Virus record (IMG/VR): IMGVR_UViG_3300039159_000198
Length of the DNA stretch: 64,000 bases
Direction: 5' to 3' (one strand)
From: a virus
Lineage: Duplodnaviria > Heunggongvirae > Uroviricota > Caudoviricetes
The first letter of the stretch is position 1; each line of letters begins with the position of its first letter. Positions 46,847 through 56,793 of this stretch are shown here, piece after piece. Made by a program: the position numbers and the translations under genes. Under the pieces are notes generated by a model that saw only the letters and a program-made list of their open reading frames with translations, had not been told where the DNA came from and ran no database searches.

Positions 46847-49283
46847 AAATTTTGATTATTTAGGGAATACATTCCAACTACAATTATTGAATCAGATTAT
46901 ATTAGATAAGGACTTTTCATCTTCAATTATGGATGTTATTGAACCAATTTATTTTGATAACAAGTATTTTAAAATCATCTTACAGATGACAAAAGAATAC
47001 CATAAAAAATATGAATCTACTCCTAATTTTGATACATTAGAACAGATAGTTAAGTCCGAAATCGCACAGGAGATGGTTGCCAAGATTGTTTTGGATACAT
47101 TAACTCAGGTAAAAGAAGCTCCTTTCGAGGGAACTACATTTGTTCAGGAAAAGGCTTTAAAGTTCTGTAAACAACAAGAACTCCAAAAGGCTATGGATAA
47201 AGCACAGAAGATTATCACACAAGGTGATTTTGAGTCTTATGACAAGGTAGAAGGTCTTGTTAGGGATGCATTACAGGTTGGGGTAATAGATAAGGGGCAA
47301 ACCGACATCTTTGATAATTTAGATACGGTGTTGGACGAGGATTACCGTCACCCGATTCCAATGGGCATTGCGGGAATTGACAAACTTCTTAAAGGGGGAT
47401 TGGCTAAAGGTGAGATTGGTGTTATACTCGCTCCGACCGGAGTTGGCAAGAGTTTAAGTAATACAGAACCTGTTTTAACCCCTAAAGGATGGGTAAAAAT
47501 GGGTGAAATAAAACTTGGTGATAAGGTTGTTGGTAGTGATGGGAAAGAACAATACGTGTTAGGTGTTTATCCTCAAGGTGTTAGACCAATTTATAAAGTT
47601 GAATTTAGTGATAATACTTTTGTAAATTGTGATGAAGAACATCTTTGGAGTGTTAACACACTTAATATGAGAACCGCAAAAACAAGGGATAAACAAGGTA
47701 AGGGAGTTTATAGACCTAACTACGGATATAAAGTGGTTAAAACCTCAGATATGATGAATGATATCAAGAAGAGAGGTCGATACAATTATAGATTACCTGT
47801 GGTTAGTCCGGTTCATTTTGAAGAAAGCGAAGTATCAATTGACCCATATTTACTTGGGTTATTATTAGGGGATGGTAGTATATGTGATAGAGGTGTTAGA
47901 ATAACTACAAAAGATGATGAGTTATTTGAATCAATACAACATCTTGGTGAACATTCCTCATATAATGAATATTATAGAGACGATGTTAAAACTATTAAAA
48001 GTATTAATTTAAAAGTTGGTATTAAAAAAAGGTTAGAGGAATATGGTTTATTAGGTAAAAAATCTAACAACAAATTCATACCAACAGATTATTTGTATAA
48101 TTCATTAGATGTTAGGGTATCCTTATTACAGGGTTTAATGGATACTGACGGATATGTTGACAAGAAGGGTATTAATCAATACACAACCGTATCAAAACAA
48201 TTATGTGAGGATATTAGAGAATTAGTGTTGTCGTTAGGTGGAACCGTTAGAGTTAATGATAAAATACCTACTTACACTCATAATGGAGAAAAGAAAAAAG
48301 GTCAATTAGATTACACAATAACTATGTCATTTGCTAACAATATTGTGCCATTTAGATTATTAAGAAAAGTTAATAGATATTATAAGAGAACCAAGTATGT
48401 CGAGCAAAAATATGTAAAATCAATTACCTATACTCATGATGAAGAAGCCACTTGTATTAAAGTGTCTAACCCTGACGAGTTATTTGTAACAAGGGATTAT
48501 GTTTTAACTCATAATACAACCATCTTATCTAAAATTGCAAATACCGGATTTAATATGGGGTACAACGTTCTTCAAGTATTTTTTGAGGACAATCCAAAAA
48601 TTATCCAAAGAAAACATTTCACAATGTGGACAGGTATTGAACCGGATAATTTGGTATCTCGTAAAGAAGAGGTTATGGGTAAAATTACTGAAATTAAAGA
48701 GACAATGCAAAATCGTTTGATTTTACATAAATTAGCATCGGATACGATGACTATGAGTCAAATTAAAAATCAGGTAAGAAAAATGATTGCGGATGGGGTT
48801 AAAATTGATATGGTACTGTTGGATTATATTGATTGTGTATTACCTGAATCAACTAGTAAAGATGAATGGAAGGCTGAGGGTTCTGTAATGAGAGGATTTG
48901 AGGCGATGTGTCATGAACTTGATATGGTTGGATGGACAGCAACACAAGGTAATAGGTCATCAATTTCTGCCGAGGTTGTTACTACAGACCAAATGGGTGG
49001 GTCAATTAAGAAAGCTCAGGTAGGACACGTCATTATCTCTGTAGCAAAAACATTAACACAAAAAGAGATGAAGTTGGCAACCATTGCTATTACTAAATCT
49101 CGTCTTGGTCCGGATGGTATTGTGTTTGAGAATTGTAAGTTTGATAATGAATTACTTGAGATTGATACTGAGAGTTCAGTTACATTCTTAGGGTTTGAAG
49201 AACAACAAGAAGATAGAAAGAAAGACCGAGTTAAAGAACTCTTAGAAAAAAGAAGACAAAGAGAAGAACAAAAACAAAATTAA
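46839..49283 (+). CDS. DnaB/gp41-like replicative helicase containing an intein
   Basis: GEIGVILAPTGVGK|intein|TT; LDYID; TATQGNR. Confidence 0.9.
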   Translation: MNKNFDYLGNTFQLQLLNQIILDKDFSSSIMDVIEPIYFDNKYFKIILQMTKEYHKKYESTPNFDTLEQIVKSEIAQEMVAKIVLDTLTQVKEAPFEGTTFVQEKALKFCKQQELQKAMDKAQKIITQGDFESYDKVEGLVRDALQVGVIDKGQTDIFDNLDTVLDEDYRHPIPMGIAGIDKLLKGGLAKGEIGVILAPTGVGKSLSNTEPVLTPKGWVKMGEIKLGDKVVGSDGKEQYVLGVYPQGVRPIYKVEFSDNTFVNCDEEHLWSVNTLNMRTAKTRDKQGKGVYRPNYGYKVVKTSDMMNDIKKRGRYNYRLPVVSPVHFEESEVSIDPYLLGLLLGDGSICDRGVRITTKDDELFESIQHLGEHSSYNEYYRDDVKTIKSINLKVGIKKRLEEYGLLGKKSNNKFIPTDYLYNSLDVRVSLLQGLMDTDGYVDKKGINQYTTVSKQLCEDIRELVLSLGGTVRVNDKIPTYTHNGEKKKGQLDYTITMSFANNIVPFRLLRKVNRYYKRTKYVEQKYVKSITYTHDEEATCIKVSNPDELFVTRDYVLTHNTTILSKIANTGFNMGYNVLQVFFEDNPKIIQRKHFTMWTGIEPDNLVSRKEEVMGKITEIKETMQNRLILHKLASDTMTMSQIKNQVRKMIADGVKIDMVLLDYIDCVLPESTSKDEWKAEGSVMRGFEAMCHELDMVGWTATQGNRSSISAEVVTTDQMGGSIKKAQVGHVIISVAKTLTQKEMKLATIAITKSRLGPDGIVFENCKFDNELLEIDTESSVTFLGFEEQQEDRKKDRVKELLEKRRQREEQKQN
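47451..48515 (+). mobile_element. 355-aa intein with LAGLIDADG endonuclease in helicase P-loop
   Basis: Starts SLSNTEPVLTP, block B CDEEHLW, LLGLLLGDG and LQGLMDTDG, ends VLTHN|T. Confidence 0.9.
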
Positions 49284-49292
49284 AAATTATTT

Positions 49293-50249
49293 ATGGAAAA
49301 AATTGAAAAAATATTAGAACCGAATCCAAGTAGATTCGTAATCTTCCCTATTGAACATGATGATATATGGGAATATTATAAACAACACCAAGCAGCGTTT
49401 TGGACGGCAGAAGAAGTGGATTTATCTAATGATATTAGAGATTGGGAGAATTTATCGGATAATGAAAGATACTTCATTAAAAATGTATTATCATTCTTTG
49501 CAGCATCTGATGGGATTGTAAATGAAAATTTAGCGGAAAACTTTTTAAAAGAAGTACAATATCCAGAAGCAAAATTCTTTTACGGGTTCCAACTTATGGC
49601 GGAAAATATTCACTCATTAATGTATTCATTATTAATTGATACCTATGTGTCTGACCCGGATGAAAAAGACGAATGTTTTAATGCTATTGACCGATTACCT
49701 GCGGTACAGAAAAAAGCGAGTTGGGCGTTAAAGTGGATAGAAAATTCTTCATTCCAAGAAAGATTGGTGGCATTTGCGGCTGTTGAAGGGATTTTCTTCT
49801 CAGGTTCATTTTGTTCTATCTTTTGGATGAAATCACGAGGAATTATGCAAGGATTATGTAATGCGAATACACTTATCTTTAAAGATGAGAATTTACATTG
49901 TGATTTTGCAATTCATTTAATTAATAATCATGTTGAGGATAAACCAAGTGAAAAAAGAATAAAAGAAATCTTATTATCTGCGTTGGAGATTGAAAAAGAG
50001 TTTATTACAGAATCTTTACCCGTATCTTTAATTGGGATGAATTCGAATTTGATGAAACAATATTTGGAATTTGTTACTGATGGGTTACTAGTTAAATTTG
50101 GGTGTAAAAAACATTTCAATGTCGAACAACCATTTAAATTTATGGAACAGATTGCTGTTGAAACAAAGGGTAATTTCTTTGAATCAAGAACTGTTGAGTA
50201 CCAAAAAGCAAAATTAGGTGAGTCGTTAACATTCACTGAGGATTTCTAA
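49293..50249 (+). CDS. nrdB: ribonucleotide reductase class Ia beta subunit
   Basis: [37 protein letters not shown]. Confidence 0.95.
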   Translation: MEKIEKILEPNPSRFVIFPIEHDDIWEYYKQHQAAFWTAEEVDLSNDIRDWENLSDNERYFIKNVLSFFAASDGIVNENLAENFLKEVQYPEAKFFYGFQLMAENIHSLMYSLLIDTYVSDPDEKDECFNAIDRLPAVQKKASWALKWIENSSFQERLVAFAAVEGIFFSGSFCSIFWMKSRGIMQGLCNANTLIFKDENLHCDFAIHLINNHVEDKPSEKRIKEILLSALEIEKEFITESLPVSLIGMNSNLMKQYLEFVTDGLLVKFGCKKHFNVEQPFKFMEQIAVETKGNFFESRTVEYQKAKLGESLTFTEDF

Positions 50250-50259
50250 TTAAAAACAT

Positions 50260-51843
50260 ATGATGTCATTAAAGATTAAAAAAAGAGGGGGAGATGAAGT
50301 TTCATTTAACCCTCAAAAAATTTACAATAGAGTTAAACGAGCGGCAAAAGGGTTAAATGTTAACTCTGATGAGATTTTTATTAAGGTAATAACTTCAGTA
50401 CCTACTGAGGGTTTTATTACAACAAAAGAATTGGATAAGTTGGTTTATGAGATTGCAGCAGCATATACGGGTAGTCATCACGATTATTCTCGTTTAGCGT
50501 CTTCAGTTGCAATATCTGCGTATCACAAAGAAACTGATGGTAGTTTTTCAAATACTATGAATACCTTATATGGGTATGGTACAATTAACGATAAGTTAAT
50601 TGAAACAATTAATGATTATGGTGCTGAAAATATTGATGCAATAATTAATCATGAAAATGATTACAATTTTGACTATTTTGCTTGGCGTTCATTACAAGAG
50701 ATGTATCTGTTAAAAACTCCGGAAGGTAAAGTTATTGAAAGACCTCAACACATGTATATGAGAGTTGCTTTATGGGTAACTAAATCATTTGAACAGGCGG
50801 TTGAATACTATACTTCATTATCGGAACAACGTATTTCACCTGCAACCCCTATTATGATTAATGCAGGTACTAGAACTCCACAATTAGCTTCTTGTGTGTT
50901 AAAGTATAGTCATGGGGATTCAAGAGAGGGATTGTTACAAACCTTTAATGATATCTCAAAATACTCATCAGACGCTGCGGGAATTGGGTTATGTATGTCT
51001 AACATTCGTAGTAAAGAAAGTCGTATTAATTCATCAGGTGGATATGCAGGGGGTTTATTAAAATACTTAAAAATTGTTAATGAGGGTTTAAGATTCTTTA
51101 ATCAACAAGGTAGAAGACCCGGGAGTGCGGCAATTTATTTAGAACCTTGGCATAAAGATATTCTTGACCTTTTAGACATTAAAAAAAATACGGGAGCGGA
51201 AGAATTGAGAGCAAGAGATTTATTTACATCAGTTTGGTTACCGGATAACTTTATGGAAGCGGTTAGGGATAATAAAGATTGGTATTTATTCTGCCCAAAT
51301 GACATTATTAAAGCTGGTATTAAACCACTACAAGAGGCTTATGGTGATGAATATGTTGAAAACTATAATAAAGCAGTTGAGTTAGGTTTGGGTAAAAAAG
51401 TTAAAGCGCAAACTATATGGAATAAAATTATTGAATCTCAAGTTGAAACTGGTGTTCCTTATTTGTCGTCGAAAGATAATGCGAATAGAAAAACAAATCA
51501 TCAAAACATCGGGGTTATTAAACAATCTAATTTATGTTGTTTAACCGAAGAGTCGATATTAACAATTGAAAGAGAATCCGGAAATATTGAAAATTTAACT
51601 ATTAAAGAGGTTGTTGAGTTAATTGAAAGTTCCGAACAACTTAAAGTTAAAACACAAAACGGATTTTCAAACATTTTAACAGGGGCGTTAACTAGAAAAA
51701 ACACAGAAATACTTGAAATAGTTGATGAAGAATTAGGGGTAAATATTAGATGTACTCCTGACCATTTGATATTCACGGAAAATCGTGGTTATGTTAGAGC
51801 AGATGAGTTGATGTTTAATGATATTTTAAAAACGAACAAATAG
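50260..51843 (+). CDS. nrdA: RNR alpha N-fragment (ATP cone to SNLC) plus split-intein N part
   Basis: ATP cone, ERPQ, SPATP, QLASC, QSNLC|CLTEES...CTPDH.IFT.NRG. Confidence 0.92.
   Translation: MMSLKIKKRGGDEVSFNPQKIYNRVKRAAKGLNVNSDEIFIKVITSVPTEGFITTKELDKLVYEIAAAYTGSHHDYSRLASSVAISAYHKETDGSFSNTMNTLYGYGTINDKLIETINDYGAENIDAIINHENDYNFDYFAWRSLQEMYLLKTPEGKVIERPQHMYMRVALWVTKSFEQAVEYYTSLSEQRISPATPIMINAGTRTPQLASCVLKYSHGDSREGLLQTFNDISKYSSDAAGIGLCMSNIRSKESRINSSGGYAGGLLKYLKIVNEGLRFFNQQGRRPGSAAIYLEPWHKDILDLLDIKKNTGAEELRARDLFTSVWLPDNFMEAVRDNKDWYLFCPNDIIKAGIKPLQEAYGDEYVENYNKAVELGLGKKVKAQTIWNKIIESQVETGVPYLSSKDNANRKTNHQNIGVIKQSNLCCLTEESILTIERESGNIENLTIKEVVELIESSEQLKVKTQNGFSNILTGALTRKNTEILEIVDEELGVNIRCTPDHLIFTENRGYVRADELMFNDILKTNK
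51538..51840 (+). mobile_element. split intein N-fragment, 101 aa
   Basis: Block A CLTEES, block B TPDH; gene stops after the HINT N-region. Confidence 0.9.
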
Positions 51844-51883
51844 TGGTCTCTTTCATATCTATATATTTATAGATAAAGATTAT

Positions 51884-53035
51884 ATGAAATATTATGTTTA
51901 TATTTTAATGGATGATAGGTTTCATGGTAATTATGGAAATCAATATTGTGATATTACTCACAAACCATTTTATGTTGGGAAAGGGTTTTATGGTACAAAA
52001 AATAAAAGTGAAAGACATTTAATTCATTATAAGTTAAGTAATGGGGGTTGTGATAAAAGTTCAAACCCCCAAAAATGTCGAATTATTCAAAAACTAATTA
52101 ATGGAGGTTTTCAACCTAATTTTAAAATTGTTTATGAAGACGATATTGAAGATAATGTTTTTAAGGTTGAAACGGAGTTAATAAATTTCTATGAAAGAAA
52201 ATCAAATGGTGGAATCTTAACAAATATTTGTGAAGGGGGTAATGGGGGAGACACATTTACAAATAATCCCAACAAAGAAGGGATACGAGAAAAACATAGA
52301 ATTAATGCTCTTGGTGAGAAAAATGGGATGTATGGATTAAAATTAGAGGAAAGACCATCACATATCGCAAAACTTAACGGTAGCCATTGGAATTTGGGGA
52401 AGACTATGTCTGAAAACCATAAAAAAATATTAAAAAAATTAAGGGAGGATAGATTACCCATAATACAACAAATAGATAAAAGAACTTTTGAAGTTTTAGA
52501 TGAGTTACAAATATTTGATATTATTAAAAAATATGGATTATCGTATAATAGGTTATATTTTTGTCTAACTAAAGGGGGTGAACACCGAGGTTATTATTGG
52601 AAATATAAAGAAAAAGAATTAGTTTTAAAAAAAACCCTAAGACCGGATTATCAAAAACCAAAAAGAGTTATTAAATGTAAAAAAGTTTTTTATAAAAAAC
52701 TTATAAACGATATTAACGAAATTGAATATAATAATGTTATAGACGCCTCTAATAATATTGGGTTATCGATTAAAACAATTAGGTTAAAATGTAAGATGAA
52801 TAATGATACTTTAAACGTTTTTAGGTATGAAAATTCTGATTATAATTTTGAAGGGATAAAAAGTAAAAAAATACCAATTATTAGAGTTGATGGTTTGGGG
52901 AATGAAGTTGTATTTGATAGTGTGACTGATGCCTCTAAAAGTTTAAACAATGGTAGTGTGTCTATGATAGTACAAGTTTGTAAGGGTAATAGAAAAAAAC
53001 ATAAAGGATTTACATTTAAATATTTAAAAAAATAA
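51884..53035 (+). CDS. GIY-YIG homing endonuclease with NUMOD-type C-terminal repeats
   Basis: YYVY...FYVGKG...R..H...E..LI....LTN; GEKNGMYG; FDSVTDASK...C.G..K.HKG. Confidence 0.8.
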   Translation: MKYYVYILMDDRFHGNYGNQYCDITHKPFYVGKGFYGTKNKSERHLIHYKLSNGGCDKSSNPQKCRIIQKLINGGFQPNFKIVYEDDIEDNVFKVETELINFYERKSNGGILTNICEGGNGGDTFTNNPNKEGIREKHRINALGEKNGMYGLKLEERPSHIAKLNGSHWNLGKTMSENHKKILKKLREDRLPIIQQIDKRTFEVLDELQIFDIIKKYGLSYNRLYFCLTKGGEHRGYYWKYKEKELVLKKTLRPDYQKPKRVIKCKKVFYKKLINDINEIEYNNVIDASNNIGLSIKTIRLKCKMNNDTLNVFRYENSDYNFEGIKSKKIPIIRVDGLGNEVVFDSVTDASKSLNNGSVSMIVQVCKGNRKKHKGFTFKYLKK

Positions 53036-53037
53036 AA

Positions 53038-53136
53038 ATGATTAAAATAAACAAAATAGAAAAAAAAGAAGATGTGTATGATATACAAGTACCAGAAACA
53101 CAATCTTTCTATGCGAATAATATATTAGTACATAAT
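53038..53136 (+). mobile_element. split intein C-fragment, 33 aa
   Basis: Blocks F/G, ends HN followed by Cys+1. Confidence 0.9.
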
Positions 53137-54285
53137 TGCGAGATTTACCAATATACTGATGAAACAACTACGGCAATTTGTACTCTATCATCAATGGTGT
53201 TGAAAAACTTTATTATAAAAGGTGAGTTTGATTTCAAATTATTATACTCAGAAGTAAGAAAAGTGGTTAGAGCCCTTAATAAGGTGATTGACATTAATAG
53301 TTATTCAACTGAACAAGGTAGAAAAGGTGGTTTAGAACAAAGGGCTATTGCTATTGGAACTCAAGGACTTGCGGATGTATTTTTCTTAATGGATTATATT
53401 TTCACATCAGAGGAGGCTAAAGTTCTTAACAAACAGATTTTTGAAACAATCTATTTTGCCGCAATTACTGAAAGTATGTCATTATGTAAATCAGAGGAAT
53501 ACAAACCATATGACTTCTTTGACGGTTCACCAATGTCAAAAGGGGTATTTCAATTTGATATGTGGGGATTAGACTGTAAAGGATTAGGTAGAATGTGGGA
53601 TTGGGACTCACTTAAGTTGGAAGTGTCTAACCACGGGGTTTGTAATTCGTTATTTACCGCTCAGATGCCGGTAGCGTCTTCTGCTAAGATAACAGGTTCG
53701 TTTGAAATGACTGAACCGGCTCACTCGGCATTATTTAATCGTCGTGTAGTTGGGGGAGAAATTTTAATTGTTAATAAGTATTTAATTGGAGACTTTGAAA
53801 AAATTGGTATTTGGTCTGAAGATTTAAAGAATGAGATTATTATGAATGAAGGTTCCGTTCAAAATATTAATTTTAATCATTACTTAGATAAGGAAGATAA
53901 AAATTACAATAAGAAAGTTAAGAGAATTGAGCATTTAATTCCAAAATATAAAACTATTTGGGAAATATCTCAAAGAGAACTTATTGATATGGCGGCTGAC
54001 AGAGCACCATTCATTGACCAATCACAATCAATGAATATCTATATGTCCAACCCAACATTATCGAAAATTTCGTCATCTCACTTCCATTCATGGGGTAAAG
54101 GATTGAAAACACTTTGTTATTATGTTAGAACTAAAGCAATATCAACGGGAGCTAAACACTTAGCAATGGACATCTCAAAAATAAAACAACCATCAGTTAA
54201 AATTGAGTTACCAAAAGTAGATTTAATTGAAAAAAATGATAAACCGGTAGATTCAGATTTTGAATGTTTTGGATGTGGTTCATAA
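53038..54285 (+). CDS. nrdA: split-intein C part plus RNR alpha C-fragment
   Basis: DVYDIQV...FYANNILVHN|CEI; AICTL.S; MPVASS; IDQSQS; KT.CYY; C-terminal CFGC. Confidence 0.92.
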   Translation: MIKINKIEKKEDVYDIQVPETQSFYANNILVHNCEIYQYTDETTTAICTLSSMVLKNFIIKGEFDFKLLYSEVRKVVRALNKVIDINSYSTEQGRKGGLEQRAIAIGTQGLADVFFLMDYIFTSEEAKVLNKQIFETIYFAAITESMSLCKSEEYKPYDFFDGSPMSKGVFQFDMWGLDCKGLGRMWDWDSLKLEVSNHGVCNSLFTAQMPVASSAKITGSFEMTEPAHSALFNRRVVGGEILIVNKYLIGDFEKIGIWSEDLKNEIIMNEGSVQNINFNHYLDKEDKNYNKKVKRIEHLIPKYKTIWEISQRELIDMAADRAPFIDQSQSMNIYMSNPTLSKISSSHFHSWGKGLKTLCYYVRTKAISTGAKHLAMDISKIKQPSVKIELPKVDLIEKNDKPVDSDFECFGCGS

Positions 54286-54307
54286 CCAAATAAAATAATC
54301 ACGATAT

Positions 54308-54336
54308 AAATCACGATAATATTGTCGTGATTTTTT
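54308..54336 (+). terminator. intrinsic terminator
   Basis: AAATCACGATA-ATAT-TGTCGTGATTT plus T-run. Confidence 0.7.
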
Positions 54337-54383
54337 ATTTTACTCTATTTATTAGAAATAACCACGACACTATAATTATAGAT

Positions 54384-54854
54384 ATGGCAAACGGAACAAC
54401 ATACGGTATTAATTTTCCTTTTAGGGATTCGGTTAAGGGTGATTACTTACAATTAACAGAACTTCAATCTCAAGAGGTTAAAGCGGATTTAATTCACTTA
54501 CTTTTAACAAGAAAGGGTTCGAGATATTATTTACCAACTTTTGGAACAAGACTTTATGAGTTTTTGTTTGAACCATTTGATGGGTTAACGTTTGACGCTA
54601 TCGAATCAGATATTAGAGATGCCGTTGGTACTTTTATGCCAAACTTATTATTAAATCAAATTACCATAAGTCCTGCTGACCCAATGGAAGAAGTTGACTT
54701 AGCAACCGGTACCGCAACTGCGGGAAGTGGTGAGTCATCAATTTATAGATTTCCGGGTAAAGGAACGTCGGAATACACAGCAAAAATAAAAATAGATTAC
54801 TCAACCAACAATACAACTTTTGGGCCGAGTGATTTCGTTATCATTAATATTTAA
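54384..54854 (+). CDS. baseplate wedge protein, gp25-like (start 54384 preferred)
   Basis: LLLTRKGSR...P.FGTRL..FLFEP. Confidence 0.85.
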   Translation: MANGTTYGINFPFRDSVKGDYLQLTELQSQEVKADLIHLLLTRKGSRYYLPTFGTRLYEFLFEPFDGLTFDAIESDIRDAVGTFMPNLLLNQITISPADPMEEVDLATGTATAGSGESSIYRFPGKGTSEYTAKIKIDYSTNNTTFGPSDFVIINI

Positions 54855-54860
54855 TATTGT

Positions 54861-56699
54861 ATGGCAAATCGTAATATATCGTATACTACAAGAGATTATC
54901 AGGGAATAAGAACTGAGTTATTAAACTATGTAAGAACTTACTACCCAGAATTAATACAGGACTTCAACGATGCTTCTGTGTTCTCAGTATTCTTAGATTT
55001 GAATGCAGCAGTTGCGGATAACTTACATTACCATATAGATAGAAGTATTCAAGAGACTGTTTTACAATACGCTCAACAAAGGTCTTCAATTTATAATATT
55101 GCTCGAACCTATGGATTAAAACTACCGGGACAGAGACCATCAGTTTCTTTAGTTGATTTTTCAATAACCGTTCCCGCCTTTGGGGATAAAGAAGATGAAC
55201 GATACTTAGGAACATTAACAAGAGGGTCTCAGGTTGTTGGGGCGGGTATTGTATTTGAAAATATTTACGATGTTGATTTTACTTCACCATATAATGCTCA
55301 AGGGTTTCCAAATCGTTTAAAAATACCAAACTTTAATGCGAATAATGTATTAATTAATTATACTATCACCAAAAGAGAGTTAGTTGTTAATGGTATTACC
55401 AAAGTATTCAAAAGAGTTATTACACCAAATGATGTTAAACCATTCTTTGAGTTATTTTTACCTGAAAAAAATGTATTAGGTATTACTAATGTTTTATTAA
55501 AAAGTGGTACTGAATATACTAACGTACCGTCAACGGCAGAATTTTTAGGTGTATCAAATAAATGGTATGAGGTTGATGCTTTGGCTGAAGACCGTGTGTT
55601 TATTGAGGACCCAACTAAAGTTTCAGACCAACCGGGTATTAAAGTTGGAAAATATATTCAAACATCCAATAGATTTATCAGTGAATATACTCCTGAAGGA
55701 TTTAAAAAATTAACATTTGGTGGTGGAACAAATACTGCTCAGGATGCTTTAGACCAATTCACAACTCTTGGAGCGACAATTGATTTACAAAGATACTCAA
55801 ATAACTTTTCATTAGGGTCTGCATTGACTCCAAATTCAACTTTATTTATACAATATCGAGTTGGAGGAGGATTGGCGACTAACTTAGGAACAAATGTTAT
55901 TAACCAAATTGGAACTGTAAGCTTTTTTGTTAATGGTCCATCTGAGATAACTAACTCATCTGTTGTTAATTCATTGAGATGTAATAATGTTACCGCGGCA
56001 ATTGGAGGTTCAGGGGTGCCATCATTAGAAGAAATTAGGAACTATGTGTCTTTTAACTTCTCAGCGCAAAAAAGAGCTGTTACGGTACAGGATTATGAAT
56101 CCATCATTAGAAATATGCCATCTGAGTTTGGTGCGCCGGCAAAAGTTTCAATAACCGAAAATAATAATAAAATACTAATTCAATTATTGTCTTACGATAC
56201 TTCAGGAAAATTAACAAGTATTGTATCCGATACTTTAAGACAAAACGTAGCAAACTATTTATCAAACTACCGAATGATAAATGATTATATTTCAATATTA
56301 ACTGCTCAAGTTATTGATTTAAGTATTGATGTACAAATTGTTTTAGATTCTGCTCAAAATTCGGGACAAATTATTGCGGATGTTGTTGATAGAGTTTCAA
56401 CATATCTTAATCCTCAAACAAGAGAATTGGGACAAAATGTTTATTTGTCTGAATTAAAAAGTCTTATTCAAAACCAAAATGGTGTTTTAACTGTTGCGGG
56501 ATTAAATGTTTATAATAATGTTGGGGGTCAATACTCTTCGTCAGAAACTTCTATGGAATATATTAATGCGGAAACTAAAGAAATTGCGACTATTGATGAT
56601 ACTATTTTTGCACAACCATCTCAGGTTTATCAAATTAGATATCCAAATAAAGATATTAGAGTATCTGTTAAAAATTTCCAATCAGTTACATTCTCTTAA
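54861..56699 (+). CDS. baseplate wedge protein, gp6/baseplate J-like
   Basis: RDYQ.IR.EL; A..RSS.YNIA..YG; AQKRAVTVQDY. Confidence 0.85.
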   Translation: MANRNISYTTRDYQGIRTELLNYVRTYYPELIQDFNDASVFSVFLDLNAAVADNLHYHIDRSIQETVLQYAQQRSSIYNIARTYGLKLPGQRPSVSLVDFSITVPAFGDKEDERYLGTLTRGSQVVGAGIVFENIYDVDFTSPYNAQGFPNRLKIPNFNANNVLINYTITKRELVVNGITKVFKRVITPNDVKPFFELFLPEKNVLGITNVLLKSGTEYTNVPSTAEFLGVSNKWYEVDALAEDRVFIEDPTKVSDQPGIKVGKYIQTSNRFISEYTPEGFKKLTFGGGTNTAQDALDQFTTLGATIDLQRYSNNFSLGSALTPNSTLFIQYRVGGGLATNLGTNVINQIGTVSFFVNGPSEITNSSVVNSLRCNNVTAAIGGSGVPSLEEIRNYVSFNFSAQKRAVTVQDYESIIRNMPSEFGAPAKVSITENNNKILIQLLSYDTSGKLTSIVSDTLRQNVANYLSNYRMINDYISILTAQVIDLSIDVQIVLDSAQNSGQIIADVVDRVSTYLNPQTRELGQNVYLSELKSLIQNQNGVLTVAGLNVYNNVGGQYSSSETSMEYINAETKEIATIDDTIFAQPSQVYQIRYPNKDIRVSVKNFQSVTFS

Positions 56700-56793
56700 C
56701 AGGTTTATTTCTGACTCAAATAGTTTATTATTAAATGTGGTGTGTGTTAATTTTAAAAATCACACATAAACTATTTATAAAATAAAGAATTGA

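Noticed and set aside
51844-53037. Group I intron in nrdA
   Set aside because: Flanking non-coding sequence is only about 40 and 2 nt; split-intein motifs explain the break
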